Shown: piece by piece, positions 38,368 through 51,387 of the stretch
Numbering within the stretch: position 1 is the first letter of the stretch
Layout of the letters: each line of letters opens with the position of its first letter
Notes under the pieces: generated by a model
What the model saw: only the letters and a program-made list of their open reading frames with translations
What the model was told of the DNA's origin: nothing
Databases searched by the model: none
Made by a program: the position numbers and the translations under genes
DNA from: Eledone cirrhosa
Lineage: Eukaryota
Assembly (NCBI GenBank): GCA_964016885.1
Contig: OZ024743.1
Coordinates: 53,816,001-53,880,000 of the forward strand
Reading direction: 5' to 3'
Length of the DNA stretch: 64,000 nucleotides

Positions 38368-39110
38368 CCTGAGTTGCCTTCTCCTAGAAGAATGCCCTGA
38401 CAAAGTTTAGGGGCCCTTCACTCCCAGTGGTTTGACCGCGCGGTACATGTGTATATATATATTTACAGACTTTTGGATGGCCGTCGATTCTTACGGGTTC
38501 TTCCGCCCTTTGTCAGGTTTTGTTTTTTGTCCTGCAGAGTGTCCAAAATCCCCCTCCTCACCAAGTAAACTTGGTGGGGTTGCCGGTTTAGTCGCCGACG
38601 ACCCGACCATGCGACATACATACATGCATACATACATACTTACATAAATGCCCAGGTAACACAGCTACTATGGCATTATATGTCTACATACACAGATACA
38701 TGGATGCATACTTACCTAGAATTACATATATATATATATATATATATATGTAATTCTAGGTAAGTATGCATCCATGTATCTGTGTATGTAGACATATAAT
38801 GCCATAGTAGCTGTGTTACCTGGGCATTTATGTAAGTATGTATGTATGTATGTATGTATGTCGTATGGTCGGGTCGTCGGCGACTAAACGGGCAACCCCA
38901 CCAAGTTTACTTGGTGAGGAGAGGGATTTTGGACACTCTGCAGGACAAAAAACAAAACCTGACAAAGGGCGGAAGAACCCGTAAGAATCGACGGCCATCC
39001 AAAAGTCTGTAAATATATATATACACATGTACCGCGCGGTTAAACCACTGGGAGTGAAGGGCCCCTAAACTTTGTCAGGGCATTCTTCTAGGAGAAGGCA
39101 ACTCAGGAAA
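38365..39110. repeat. 746-bp spacer-less palindrome centred on (TA)n at ~38737
   Basis: Left and right halves are reverse complements with about 5 mismatches seen. Confidence 0.95.
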
Positions 39111-39715
39111 CTGGCATAACTCCGATATAAAACCTGCGGTTCAGTAGTTACCGATGATGTTGATCTTTTCTTCTTTTCAGGTTATGGCTACTGTCGCTCA
39201 GAGAGTGGGATTGGCTCAGTGCACAGTCTTTCCTCACTTTAAAAAATATCTTCACGCATAGGTATTGCACGATTGAATTAATTAATAATTATTAATAATT
39301 GTATATCCTGCAATGGCCATACTCGATAACGAGGGGCCAGCCATTATCATGTATGTATGTATGTATGTATGTATGTAAGAAGACACTATTTGCTGACTTC
39401 CTCCGCCCTTTGCCGGGTCTTGTATTTCATCCCGCAGGGTGTCCAAATATCACCCTTCTCACCAAGCAAGCTCGGTGGAGTTGCCGTTTTTTTTTTTCGC
39501 CTGCGAGTCAAAGACCCCCAGTTGTTGTCACAACACCTTTCTAAGAGAGGGAAACTCTTGAAATAAAACCTGCGGCTTCGGAAGCATCCGATGATGTTGA
39601 CCAGTTCTCCTTTTCAGGGAGTGTTTTCGATTATCAGAGAGTGGATTGGTCGACTGCAAAGCTTTTCCCCACTTAAAAAAATCTTCAAAGCACAGGCATT
39701 GCTTGGTCAGGTTAT
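38860..39715. mobile_element. Fragments of an RTE-like 5'UTR family adjoining (TATG)n
   Basis: 39125-39270 resembles 39562-39700; 38500-38590 resembles 39400-39490; GGCGACTAAA and GGAGAAGGCAACTC resemble RTE 5'UTR motifs (from recall). Confidence 0.4.
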
Positions 39716-40544
39716 GTTACAGATTCTGTGACTGGCCGTAGCCTAAATGTGCACCAGTTTCTGTAATCTGACAAGCGATTGCAATACTCTTAGCAGAGTT
39801 TGCAGCCATCATGTACGTATGTAGGCATATATATATGTAGGCATGTATGTATGTTTGTATGTATGTATGTATCAATGTATGCATGTATGTATATATGTAT
39901 GTAGGCATGTATGTATATATGTATGTATGCATGTATGTATATATGCATGCATGTATGTATGTATATATGTATGTGTGTAGACATGTATGTATGTATGTAT
40001 TCAGCAATCAATTTACGACATGTGACATGCTGCTGGTAATATTAATGAAAGCAATACCGTTCTCTTAAATCGTCCAGTGTAAACGATTGTAACTATTGTA
40101 TCGTTGACTTGCAGTAAAGACAGTTTTATGTTACTGCCTCGATGACTATAACATAACATGGAAATTGACTGTTAGACGGCGGGTCCTCATCATATAACAT
40201 ATATCAAGGACTTCATTGATATATGTCTGTTTTAACTCGTCTGAACCCTTCTCTCGTCTATTTCTCCTTTGTTCTTTCTCTTTGTCCCCCTTTACCCTCT
40301 CCAGCTCTCTCTGTTTTCCTCACTATCTCTCCCTACGTTTTTTTTTTGTTTGGCTTTAGACTTACCCTTTGGTATTTTGCTTTCTAACCTTTGTAGGTAG
40401 CAGATGATTTTTCTTCATTTTCCTCACCCAGCCACATTGACCTGACGAAAGTCAAAATTTTCAACTTTTCACTCCTTCCTACGTTAACATGTTTCATATT
40501 TTACAAATCCGTTGTCTATTTGTTTCTAGCCGTAATTTGTTACG

Positions 40545-40876
40545 TACTCAGGGGTCTCGAACAATCGTCCCTCCCCCATGCTTATTCTACACCTCCCCTG
40601 CTTATTAAATTTTGCTAATCTATCTTCGGCGAAATTTTATTTTAAGTAGTAACATTCCTGCAAAAATTAAATTTCTTTATAGATTATGCATGACAAAAAA
40701 AGTACATTACTAGAAATCCCAAATAGGATGGGTCGAGGGGGGAGGGATCTCAACATGTAAACTAAACGACTAATTCTGGTTTTTAAAAAAGTCAATGGAG
40801 ACATCCTAGAAAAATTACCGATTTTCCAACACTCTCCGCTTATTCCAACCTCCCTATTGTTTAAGACCCGAGAGTA
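40545..40876. mobile_element. MITE with TA ends (TIR ~TACTCTCGGGTC); other copies at 45345-45809 (interrupted), 45900-46228, 52620-52959
   Basis: Left TACTCAGGGGTCTCGAACAAT versus right ATTGTTTAAGACCCGAGAGTA; shared internal CTGGTTTTTAAAAAA.TCAA.GGAGACA.CCTAGAAAAAT. Confidence 0.7.
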
Positions 40877-41059
40877 TGAATCTCTGTTTTGGTCGACAGT
40901 CACCCACAAATTTCCCCGACCATTCTTAGTTTTGTTATCGTCTGGCAATCCTCTTACAATGTATTACCACCTTAATGCACGAAATTACATTATAGCAATG
41001 TGGCTGACGAAATAAAGATACAGCTCTCTCTACTGAGACTATAATCATATATATATATA

Positions 41060-41790
41060 TTAAAGCTTACATACAACCCTTTCATGATAGACGAGACATG
41101 TAGGGATACAGTTGAAGTGGTCTTTAACAACAAAGGAGCGGCCGCTTGGTTCTATAAGGGTGATGAAACTGCATGTGTAGCAGTGAGCTGGGTTGCAGGA
41201 ATGAAGTAAAGAACTGTGGACGGGGAGTTTCCAACACACATCGATATATGTACATTTCCTAATTGTCCCAGCAACAATGCAAAACTGTGCATGGTACCAT
41301 ATTTGGTCGATAAGATCACGTGTAAAAAATGTAGCTCCTCGTACATTGCAAGTTCCAATAGGAGGCTACACATAGGGATGAAGGACCACGTAACAATGAG
41401 AGCCTCTTCGGCTAAAAAACATCTTGACAGATGCTGCAACCAAGACATAGACGTCACCATAGAGGCGAATGAAAGGAATATGGGAATTTTAAGGATTAAG
41501 GAAGACATTTTCATCAACCTAATAAAACCAGAGATAAATATTGGGTCAGAAATGCACGCGGCAGAATCGTTACTGTAGTGACCCGTGCATGCACATGCAT
41601 TTTGCAAACACCAGTTAGGGAAACTCTGATGACTCGTTTGTTTTGTCTTGGACTGGTTCAGCTTAGCATCTGAAAAGAGGGTATTAACCCTGAAATATGC
41701 TAAAATACACTGGGTATAACATTACTTTGTTTTGTTTTGTTTCATTTGTCCTTACTTGCCCTTCATATTTTTCTACCTCATTGTACAGCT
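41060..41790 (+). mobile_element. Second Penelope-like remnant: degenerate GIY-YIG endonuclease plus decayed hammerhead
   Basis: C..PNCP....LCMVPYLVDKITCKKCSSSYIASSNRRLHIGMKDH...ILRIKEDIFINLIKPEIN; TTAGCAT-CTGAAAA-GAGGG/CCCT-GAAAT-ATGCTAA at 41663-41703 (stem III lost); short TA tracts on both sides. Confidence 0.75.
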
Positions 41791-42009
41791 TTTAAATATA
41801 TATATATATATATGAAAAAAGTCAAAACCCCGACGGCAGAGCTCAAGCCGTTACGACAGCTATTTCTGGACTCTAGAAATAGCTGTCGAAACGGCTTGAG
41901 CTCTGCCGTCAGGGTTCTGACTTTTTTTCCTATTACCCACTCTACTACCCAAAGTATCGAGTATTCTGGTCTGTTATGGTCCATCTGGTTCCTTACCACA
42001 CTTCCTTCG

Positions 42010-42072
<63 letters not shown>

Positions 42073-42368
42073 TAACAGATTAAAGTTTAAGCAAAGAATC
42101 GCTGCTTTCACCCTTAACGGGATCTTCTGAAACTAAAAATATCAATCTGTGAACGCAGAAGTAAATATTTCGAAAAATGTTGCAACCGAAGTAAAAAAGG
42201 AAGACGATACTTTGGTTCGTGAAGACGTTCCCTGGCAATGAACGGAAAAAGCGAAGATAATACGTCATTATGTGGATCGTGGAGAACAGTTACACGCAAA
42301 GACAAAACCACGTAGACTAATATTCTATTTAGGAAACCGAATGATTCTCGGCTTCAGAGTTAAGAATA

Positions 42369-42548
42369 ATTGTTTCTACTTTTGGCACAAGGCCAACAAT
42401 TACCCAGTACATTACTGGTACTTTATTTTATCGGCCCCGTAAGGATGAAAGGCAAAGTTAACCTCGGCAGGATTTGAACTCAGACCGTAAAGGGACGTAA
42501 CTATGCTGGAAAGCATGGCGTCGGACCCTCTACCGATACTGCCAATCC
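42369..42548 (-). mobile_element. Full-length tRNA-derived SINE; others at 44010-44218 and 44983-45100 (-), 45225-45330 (+)
   Basis: Same A/B boxes and core as 20103-20480. Confidence 0.85.
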
Positions 42549-43376
42549 AGAGTTAAGAATAATGTAAATAAATTAGTAGAACGTATATACGTACATGCAT
42601 CCATATACGTACATACACATGCATACGCGAAAACACCCGTCATGCATGCATATACAAGCACGTACACATAAACATGCGCACACATACATAAACCAGCGTG
42701 ACACCTGTACCCGCACACATACGAGCGTATACACCAAATACACATAAAAAATATATGTGTGTGTGTGTATATACATATAATTATATAAACGTATATAAAT
42801 ATACACACATAAATACGTATATAACGCACGGACACACATACCTACAGGTAAATACACATATGTTCACTAAACGTACGTCAACCAAGAAACAAAGTACACA
42901 TATACAAACCTTACATACGTGCAAACATGCATACACACACACAAACACAAAATACACATATATACATAACCATATACACATGTAACAGTATATATAATAT
43001 AATAAATACACCTATAACAAATACAAGCAAATATACGCACGAGAAAGTATACGTACCTTCACAAAACGTACGGGTAATATATACTTACCTATACAAATAA
43101 GTAATGGTATAAACATAAAATATACTTAGCTACCACATCAAGACGTAAATTAACCGCGTATAATGTGGGGCTGTAATACAGAACAGTTTTATGCAATTTA
43201 TGTTTACATAGCCGAAAACATCGAGTGCTCACCTGGATGAACCTACAGTAACTTCGCGTTACACTCCCTGCTTTGATAGGCTTTGGCCAGTATTGGCCCG
43301 GGCCATGTCTAACTTAAAAGCACCCCCCATATATAAATATATTTATTTATTAAAATAACAGATTAAAGTTTAAGAT

Positions 43377-43440
<64 letters not shown>

Positions 43441-43638
43441 CTTTTCCTGAGTCCTGTATTTTCGTTGGTGTGGTAATGCGGCTGGGCTGCCGATCGCTAT
43501 ATTTGATTTGCTAAGCTGTCTAAACGTATTGTTATTACTCTGGGGTACTATCCCCATCCGAGTGCTAAAGCTACATACCGAATTTGCATTCGTTAGCTTG
43601 GCCGCAAACTAAAGCTTTGTTAATGCTGTACTAAAGTT

Positions 43639-43685
<47 letters not shown>

Positions 43686-45454
43686 GGAGGGGAGAGAGAG
43701 TTATACATAGATAGATAGATAGATAACACAGCAAATTCCCAAATTTGAATGTGAATTTACCGCTCACCTATAGATCTTTTATATGCGCACCGTATCTGAG
43801 GAGCACATATCTTTGATAATCTTCTGGTAGAGACAGTTGTTTTTCCCTGAACTGTCCCTGTTCTAAATTAGAAAAGTATGGAAAAAGAAAGTTAAAAGAT
43901 CGAGTGAGTAACAGTGAGTTAAGAGTACGAAGGAGAAAACAGAGTAAAGGGATGTACAAAAAACTCTAAAAACATAAGAAGACAACAGTTGTTGGATAGA
44001 AGAATATCATGATTTCTACTATAGGCATAAGGCTAGCAATTTGGAGAGAGGGGAATGTCCATTAAATTGACTCCATTTAATTACTGATACTTTATTTTAT
44101 CGACCATGTAAGGATGAAAGGCAAAGCTAAACTCGGTGGGATTTGAACTCAGAAGGTAAAGGGCCATAACTCTATACAGCAAAGCATGTTGCTCGACGCT
44201 CCACCGATACTGCCACCTTGAAGAATATAATGTACGGCATTGGGAAACAAAATATTTACGTTGAAATTCAAATGATTTAAAATGTTAGATCAGGTGTTAG
44301 AAGCGTGTGTAATATTTCAATGGCTGTTTGCTTATTCCGGCGGTGCTGAGTACATTTCCAAAAATGTAGGTGATAATTATCGAAGAGGAGGCATTGTGTG
44401 AAAAATTCTGATCTGCCAGGTCGGTTTGTTGTTATTAAATAAAAAGTATTTTCTCAGCGTTTCATTTTATCCCATTGATGTATTGTCTGTATTGTTTTAG
44501 TTCATTCCATTTGAAAACAAAATAATACCATGTTCTTTAAATGCCGCTGTAATTTGATAATCTTGTTGTACTCTCATATTTTTATAATGTTGAAGGATGA
44601 TGTATGGTCGAAAGACCGTTGTTAAAACCTATCTCTAACCATACTGATATAGTGTTTACACTCTATGGTGAGGTTCAGTTAGTGAAGGTTATTTCTGCTA
44701 TATATATATTATCACTACAGCATTGCATGACTTTGCATACATAGTTGTGTGGGCATGTGTTAACTTTGTTGATTTATGTTTTTAGTGTGAGTATAAATGT
44801 CACTCATGTTTATACTGTTCCTGTTGTGTGTGGTTGAGTATTTTAGTGAGTGTGTCAAGTATATATGAATTTTTTATCTGCTGGTTGTGTATATTAATGA
44901 ATCTGTCAAGTTAGTCTGTTGGTAGAATATGTTTTTCCATTGGCTGTGTATATTGGTGTGTATAACAGATGTCTGTAATAGTTGTTTCTACTTTTGGCAC
45001 AAGGCCAGCTATTACCCCAGTGTATTACTGGTACTTTATTTTATGGACCCCGTAAGGATGAAAGGCAAAGTTAACCTCGGCGGGATTTGAACTCAGACCA
45101 TGAGATGTCTGTAATAATGGTATCTCTATAACGTAAGACGGACGCATGTATAAGTATTATATGGGTTGGTGTCCTTTTTTATTCTCTCTGTGTTAGCTTT
45201 GTATTTACTTGAACTATTTTGGCGCTGGTTTGGCAGTATCGGTAGAGCGTCGGACAACATGCTTTGCGGCATATAGTTACTTCCCTTTACGTTCTCAGTT
45301 CAAATCCCGCCGAGATTAGCTTTAATTTTCATTGTTGCTGACGAATTCTGGTTTTTCAAAAAATCAACCGAGACAACCTAGAAAAATTAGCGATTGTTCA
45401 ACCCACATCCGCTTATTCCAACCCCACCGCCCTATTAGTTGGGACCCGAATTAT

Positions 45455-45792
45455 CTGAGTTCAAATCGCGCCGAGGTTAACTTTGCTTTTCATCCTTACA
45501 GAGTCGATCAAATAAAGTACCAGTCACGCAGTGGGGTCGATTTAGTCGACTGTCCCCCTTCCCCAAAAAATTGCTGGCCTTGTGCCTATATAAGAAACCA
45601 TTATTTGGGTGAATTGGCAGTATCGGTAGAGGGTCGGACACCATGCTTTCCAGCATAGTTACGTCCCTCTACGGTCTGAGTTCAAATCCCGTCGAGGTTA
45701 ACTTTGCCTTTCATCCTTACGGGGTCGATAAAATAAAGTACCAGTAATGTACTGAGTATTTGCTGGCCTTGTGCCAAAAGTAGAAACAATTA
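45455..45792 (+). mobile_element. SINE dimer (5'-truncated + full-length) inserted in a MITE end
   Basis: Full copy 45607-45792 with TGGCAGTATCGG and GAGTTCAAATCC; flanked by ATTA(G/T)TTGGGACCCGA on both sides. Confidence 0.8.
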
Positions 45793-46329
45793 TTTGGGAC
45801 CCGAGAGTATGTCAACTGTGTTAGTTATGTTTATGGTGTATGTATATATATATATTAGAAGCATGTGAATAATGTGATAGTGATTATGTGTATGTTTGAG
45901 TGTGTATGCCAGCTACAAGGGGGTGGGAGGAATAAGTTGGATGGGGGCGGGAAATTGGTAATCGTATAGTGTAAGCTCGTAAATACGGTATTTCTTGTAA
46001 TGTTCTTTTGTGTCATATATAATGTTTTTTAAATGTAAAATAAAATAATTATTAGATTCTCCAGCTACTGTATCGATATGAATCACTTACAACATTTCGC
46101 CTGAGATAGATTAACAAAATTTAATAAGCGGGGAAGTTGGAATGAGAGGGGTGGGGGGAATCTGAAAACTTGAGAATGGTGTGGGGGTAGGGGTGGGGTG
46201 AGGGGCGATTATTCAAGACCTGAGAGTATGTGTGTGTTTAGTATTGTTTTAGTGAACTGTGTTGGTGTATATGGTGTATATGTGCGTGTTGCCGTTTAGT
46301 GTTTTTTTTTCTGTTTTAACTCGCCTGAC

Positions 46330-46685
46330 CCCTTCTCTCGTCTATGTCTCCTTTGTCCTCTCTCCTTCTCCCTTCACTCTCACATTCCCACTTCACTCTC
46401 TCCTTCCCCTTCACTCTCTCATTCCCCTTCATACTCTCCTTCCCCTTTCATTCCCCCTTCCCCTTTCACTCTCCCCATTCTCCTTCACTCCCCCCTTCCT
46501 CCTTCACTCTCTCCTCCCCGCTTCACTCTCTCCTCCACCTTTCACTCTCACCTTCCTCCTTCACTTTCTCCTTCTCCCTTCATTCGCTCCTTCCCTTTCA
46601 CTCTCCCCTCCCCCCTTCACTCTCTCCTCCAACCTTCACTCTCTCTTTTCCCCTTCACTCACTCCTCTTTCTGTTTTCCTCTCTA
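46330..46685. repeat. Pyrimidine-rich ~17-18-bp minisatellite (CCTTCACTCTCTCCTCCC-like)
   Basis: Recurring TTCACTCTC. Confidence 0.85.
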
Positions 46686-47780
46686 GAGTGTTTTTGTTGT
46701 GTTAGTTGTCTATGTTGATGTGGACTTTCTATTGTATGCCTGTGCGCCTGTGTATGCGTATGCATATGTGTAAGTGTGTGTGTGAGTTATTGTGTGCGAT
46801 TGTGTGCACGAGCGTGTATGTGTGTGTGAATGAGTATGTGTGAGTTAATATGTGTGTATATGTGTGTATGCCTGTGTACCTGTGTATATGCGTGTATGTA
46901 TGTGTGAGTGAGAGAGTTAGTGAGTGTGTTTGGCGTGAATATGTGTGTGTTTCAATGTGTGAGTGTGTGTGTTTCAATGTGTGAGTGTGTGTGTGAGTTA
47001 CTGTGCGCGCTAGTGTGTGTGTGTATGTGCGTGTATGCATGTGTATGAGTCTGTGTGAGTGTTTGAGTGTGTGTGTCTGTGTGTGAGTGTGTGTGTCGAT
47101 ATGTGTGTATGGGTGAATGTGTGAGTATGTATGAGAGTAAGTGTTTGTGTGTGTATGGGTATGAGTGTGTCTGTGTGTGTGTGTATATGTATGTATATGG
47201 GTGTCTGTGTATGTGTGTGTGTCAGTGCGAGAGTGTGAGAGTGTGTGTGTGAGTGTGTGTGGATATGTGTGTATGCATGTGTATGAGTGTATGTGTGAGT
47301 GTGTATGAGTGTGTATATGTACTTATGTATGTGAGAGAGAGGGAGAGAGAGATGTATGTCTGCCCTATGTGAAATGTAGCTGTGATCTAGTTTATAAGTC
47401 TTTGTTACTGTAGAATATCACTAACATCACTAATCACATCCAATGAATAAGTAAAACATTAAATATTCTAACATTGTCACGGATTCAAACATAGACAATG
47501 GCATTTCAACAAAACAATTTATAAATAAAACCGCTTTTGAAATTCTCCCAGGTGTTACCTTGACAAAATAAAGTCTCTTAACATCAATACTTTACAGGTA
47601 TGTTTTTGTATTTTACAGCTTATATTATAAGCTTTGTTTGTATAGCGTAACTAATAATGGTTCTATTAAATCATAGCCTTCTGATATATTTCTAATCTTT
47701 AGAAAATCCTACATAAATTCTCCATAGAAATTAGCGACTTATCTGCCAATATCAAATGAATAATTGTATGCTTAATGCCG

Positions 47781-47878
<98 letters not shown>

Positions 47879-47920
47879 ACCCACACACATATATATATAT
47901 ATATACAAAATATAAAAAAA

Positions 47921-47951
<31 letters not shown>

Positions 47952-47954
47952 AAA

Positions 47955-47993
<39 letters not shown>

Positions 47994-48093
47994 CGCACGT
48001 CCACTATACATACACTCTACTTTCCTAAGTATCGAGTACTTAGCTGAACATGGTCTTACTAGTCTAAATTAGTAACTCTCACTCTCTCTCTCT

Positions 48094-48156
<63 letters not shown>

Positions 48157-50495
48157 TAAAAGGAAAAGAAAATGCTGACAAATTGTTCCCAGTGAAAAAT
48201 AGTTTAATTAGGAATAAGTAAAAATTAGTAATAAGTATTGGTTAGTATTCAGTTTTAGTTTTAAGTTTTTACCCGTTGCGCATTTCTAATGCTTTTCAAA
48301 AATAATTTTGAGATAGTGCGCCCGTGATGTTTGCTCTAATCTGATCAGTTTTGGAAATTCTACCTGTTTTATGTGAAAAAAGTGGCCCCAGAGGTATTAA
48401 AATAAGTTTCGCGCCAATTCGTGTTGCAAAAATTCTTGTGATCAAAACAATATTGATTGGTCGGTAGAGATCACGTGAATGTTAAAAATTGATTTTGCTC
48501 CAAATGTAGGTTTGTCGAAGAGTGTCCTTTTTCGCCTGATTGAGAAGTCACTGAAAAATAAGTCTTTTAAGACAAATATATATATATAATTACTTTCAAT
48601 TACTTATAATTATATAGTGATAGAAATATAATACAGTCTATATAAACTTTAAATACTAGATACGGCAGTGAATTATATATGCAATTGTAATTAAATGTAT
48701 GAAGTAATAACATTAGATATATATAGGATTGGTTTATTAACATAAGGGATCTGTCTAACTTATATGTAGTGTGGTGCAATGAATTATATATGAATTATAT
48801 ATGCATGTATAACTTGATGGATAGATTAATGACATTGTAAATGAGGGATGTATTTGTCTACCCAAGAGATGTATTTGGTTTTGTCCTGCAAACAGCCATA
48901 CACTGCTCCATAACTTACCAGGGGTTATGTAGACAAAATCCTAATAGGTCCTCTGATATGTTTTGAGAGTAGACTGTATTTACAGTGAACTTTGATATAA
49001 AGATATGGCACTTTGTATGGAAAATTCAATTATAGCACTATATAATAAAGAGTGATCAACTTCCTATAGATACCTTTAATACATTACGATAGAGTAGACT
49101 GTATTTAAAATTAAAAATAAGATATAAATATAACCTTTTATATAAAGGACTCAATTGAGGCACCATATATTGTATGTTAGAACAATGAATTTAGTTATGA
49201 GTATCAGCTAATTACCTCCCCTTACGCATTAACTCCCCTTAGTTACACACCTACTTCCGGGTAATAAACCACTGTAAATTCTCGCAGCAGAAAGAACCTA
49301 TTCTATAAATATGGATTAAATAACACTGAGCCTCAATACGCTACAATAATTTAATGCATCAAACATTCAATACGGAATCATCGTAACTTATGTGATGGAT
49401 GTAAAAACTATTTCTTCCTTTTTCTGAATGTGAAAATGGTGGTGGATGCGAAAACTATAACTTTCTTTTTCTTTTTCTTTTTCTTTTTCTTTTTCTTTTT
49501 CTTTTTCCTTTTCTTTTTCTTTTTCTTTTTCTGCACACATACTTTTTTGATCTAAACAAAAAGTACCCTACCACTACAACCACCATAATACTCTTGCTTA
49601 CCCGCTTAAAGTGCTTGCATTACATATAACACTTTGCCACACAATAATAGTATATAAATGAGACATGCTCCATGTGTAACTAACGCATACACTACCTACT
49701 AGATTTGACTATCAAACTATCCTCTTGCATTATCTGTGTTATCTGCCGAATGTATTTTAATTTTAATTTTAATTTTAATTTTGATTTTGATTTTGAATTT
49801 GAATTGCTGTACAAATATAGTATAGTATAATATATGTCACTCCACTATATGTCACTCTACTATACATCAATATATATATATGTATCTGTATGTCTCTTGC
49901 GTTGGATAGGAGGTCAATTATATGTACAAACATTGAAAAATGCTCCGCAGACTCCAAGCCTAGGTTTGGATGAAACAATTGTAAGTGAATAAATGCTTTG
50001 AACATAGCTTTGATTCTTGTGAATTCTATATAACTGCTCTGTAGAACAACTGATGTTATTACATTGAGCTATTTATCTTACTGGTAATAAGGTAGTAATA
50101 AATTACTGACCTTCACTGTTTATGGTTTAAAATATACATAACTATAAAAAGTTTAAAATATACATAACTATAAATAGTATCCTTAATAGTATATATATAG
50201 ACAATATATTAATACATGGAAACTATATTTATAAAACCATATTTATTTTATTATATATATTTCAAGAGGAACCAATGCAAATTGTGGTGCGCTTTCATCA
50301 GATAAAATACAGATTTGTTTTATAAATAAATATTGACATACCCGGAAAAAAGACAACCTTAACGGTTGGAGCATCCTGGATAGTGGAGATAATATTTTAT
50401 TGAGGGTAATACAAAGTTATGAGTGAGTATGCAAATGAGTGTCCGAAAAGTTGAAAAGATAACGGTTTATTTAAATTAAACTGTTGGAAGAAGAG

Positions 50496-50529
<34 letters not shown>

Positions 50530-50535
50530 ATATAT

Positions 50536-50567
<32 letters not shown>

Positions 50568-50862
50568 ATATATTATATATATATATATATATTATATATA
50601 TATATATATTATATATATATATATTATATATATATATATCATATATATATATATTATATATATATTATATATATATATATCATATATATATATATTATAT
50701 ATATATATATTATATATATATATATTATATATATATATATTATATATATATATATATTATATATATATTATATATATATATATCATATATATATATATTG
50801 TATATATATATATTATATATATATATATTATATATATATATATTATATATATATTATACATA

Positions 50863-50893
<31 letters not shown>

Positions 50894-50947
50894 ACGAAGG
50901 AAGTGTGGTAAGGAACCAGATGGACCATAACACACCAGAGTAAACAT

Positions 50948-50991
<44 letters not shown>

Positions 50992-51161
50992 TGTACAAAA
51001 ACTATAACGACCCAGACAATTAGATATCATCTAGGATCGCCGTTCACCACTCACTCCATGACTTTATAAAAATTGTTTGTTGTAAATACGAATGATTTAA
51101 TTATCAGACTGGAGAAGTACGTTACATAGTGGATAAACGGCTTCATGTGGGTCCCCCCCCC

Positions 51162-51192
<31 letters not shown>

Positions 51193-51344
51193 CATATATA
51201 ACAAAGAGGGCGTGGTAAGATACCATGTGGACCATAACGTACCAGAGTACTTCATACTTGGGATAGTTGAGTGGGTAATATGAAAAGACCGCGACGGATG
51301 AGCTCCGGCTGTTTCGACATCTAGTTTTTCATATCTATGAATCT

Positions 51345-51387
<43 letters not shown>

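Noticed and set aside
42075-42135. Hammerhead-like CAGAAGA-CCC/GGG-GAAAG on the minus strand (also 60490-60530)
   Set aside because: U4 is A in both copies and stem I is unclear; not counted as a ribozyme
45607-45695. tRNA genes at A/B-box motifs
   Set aside because: No cloverleaf; always followed by the SINE core
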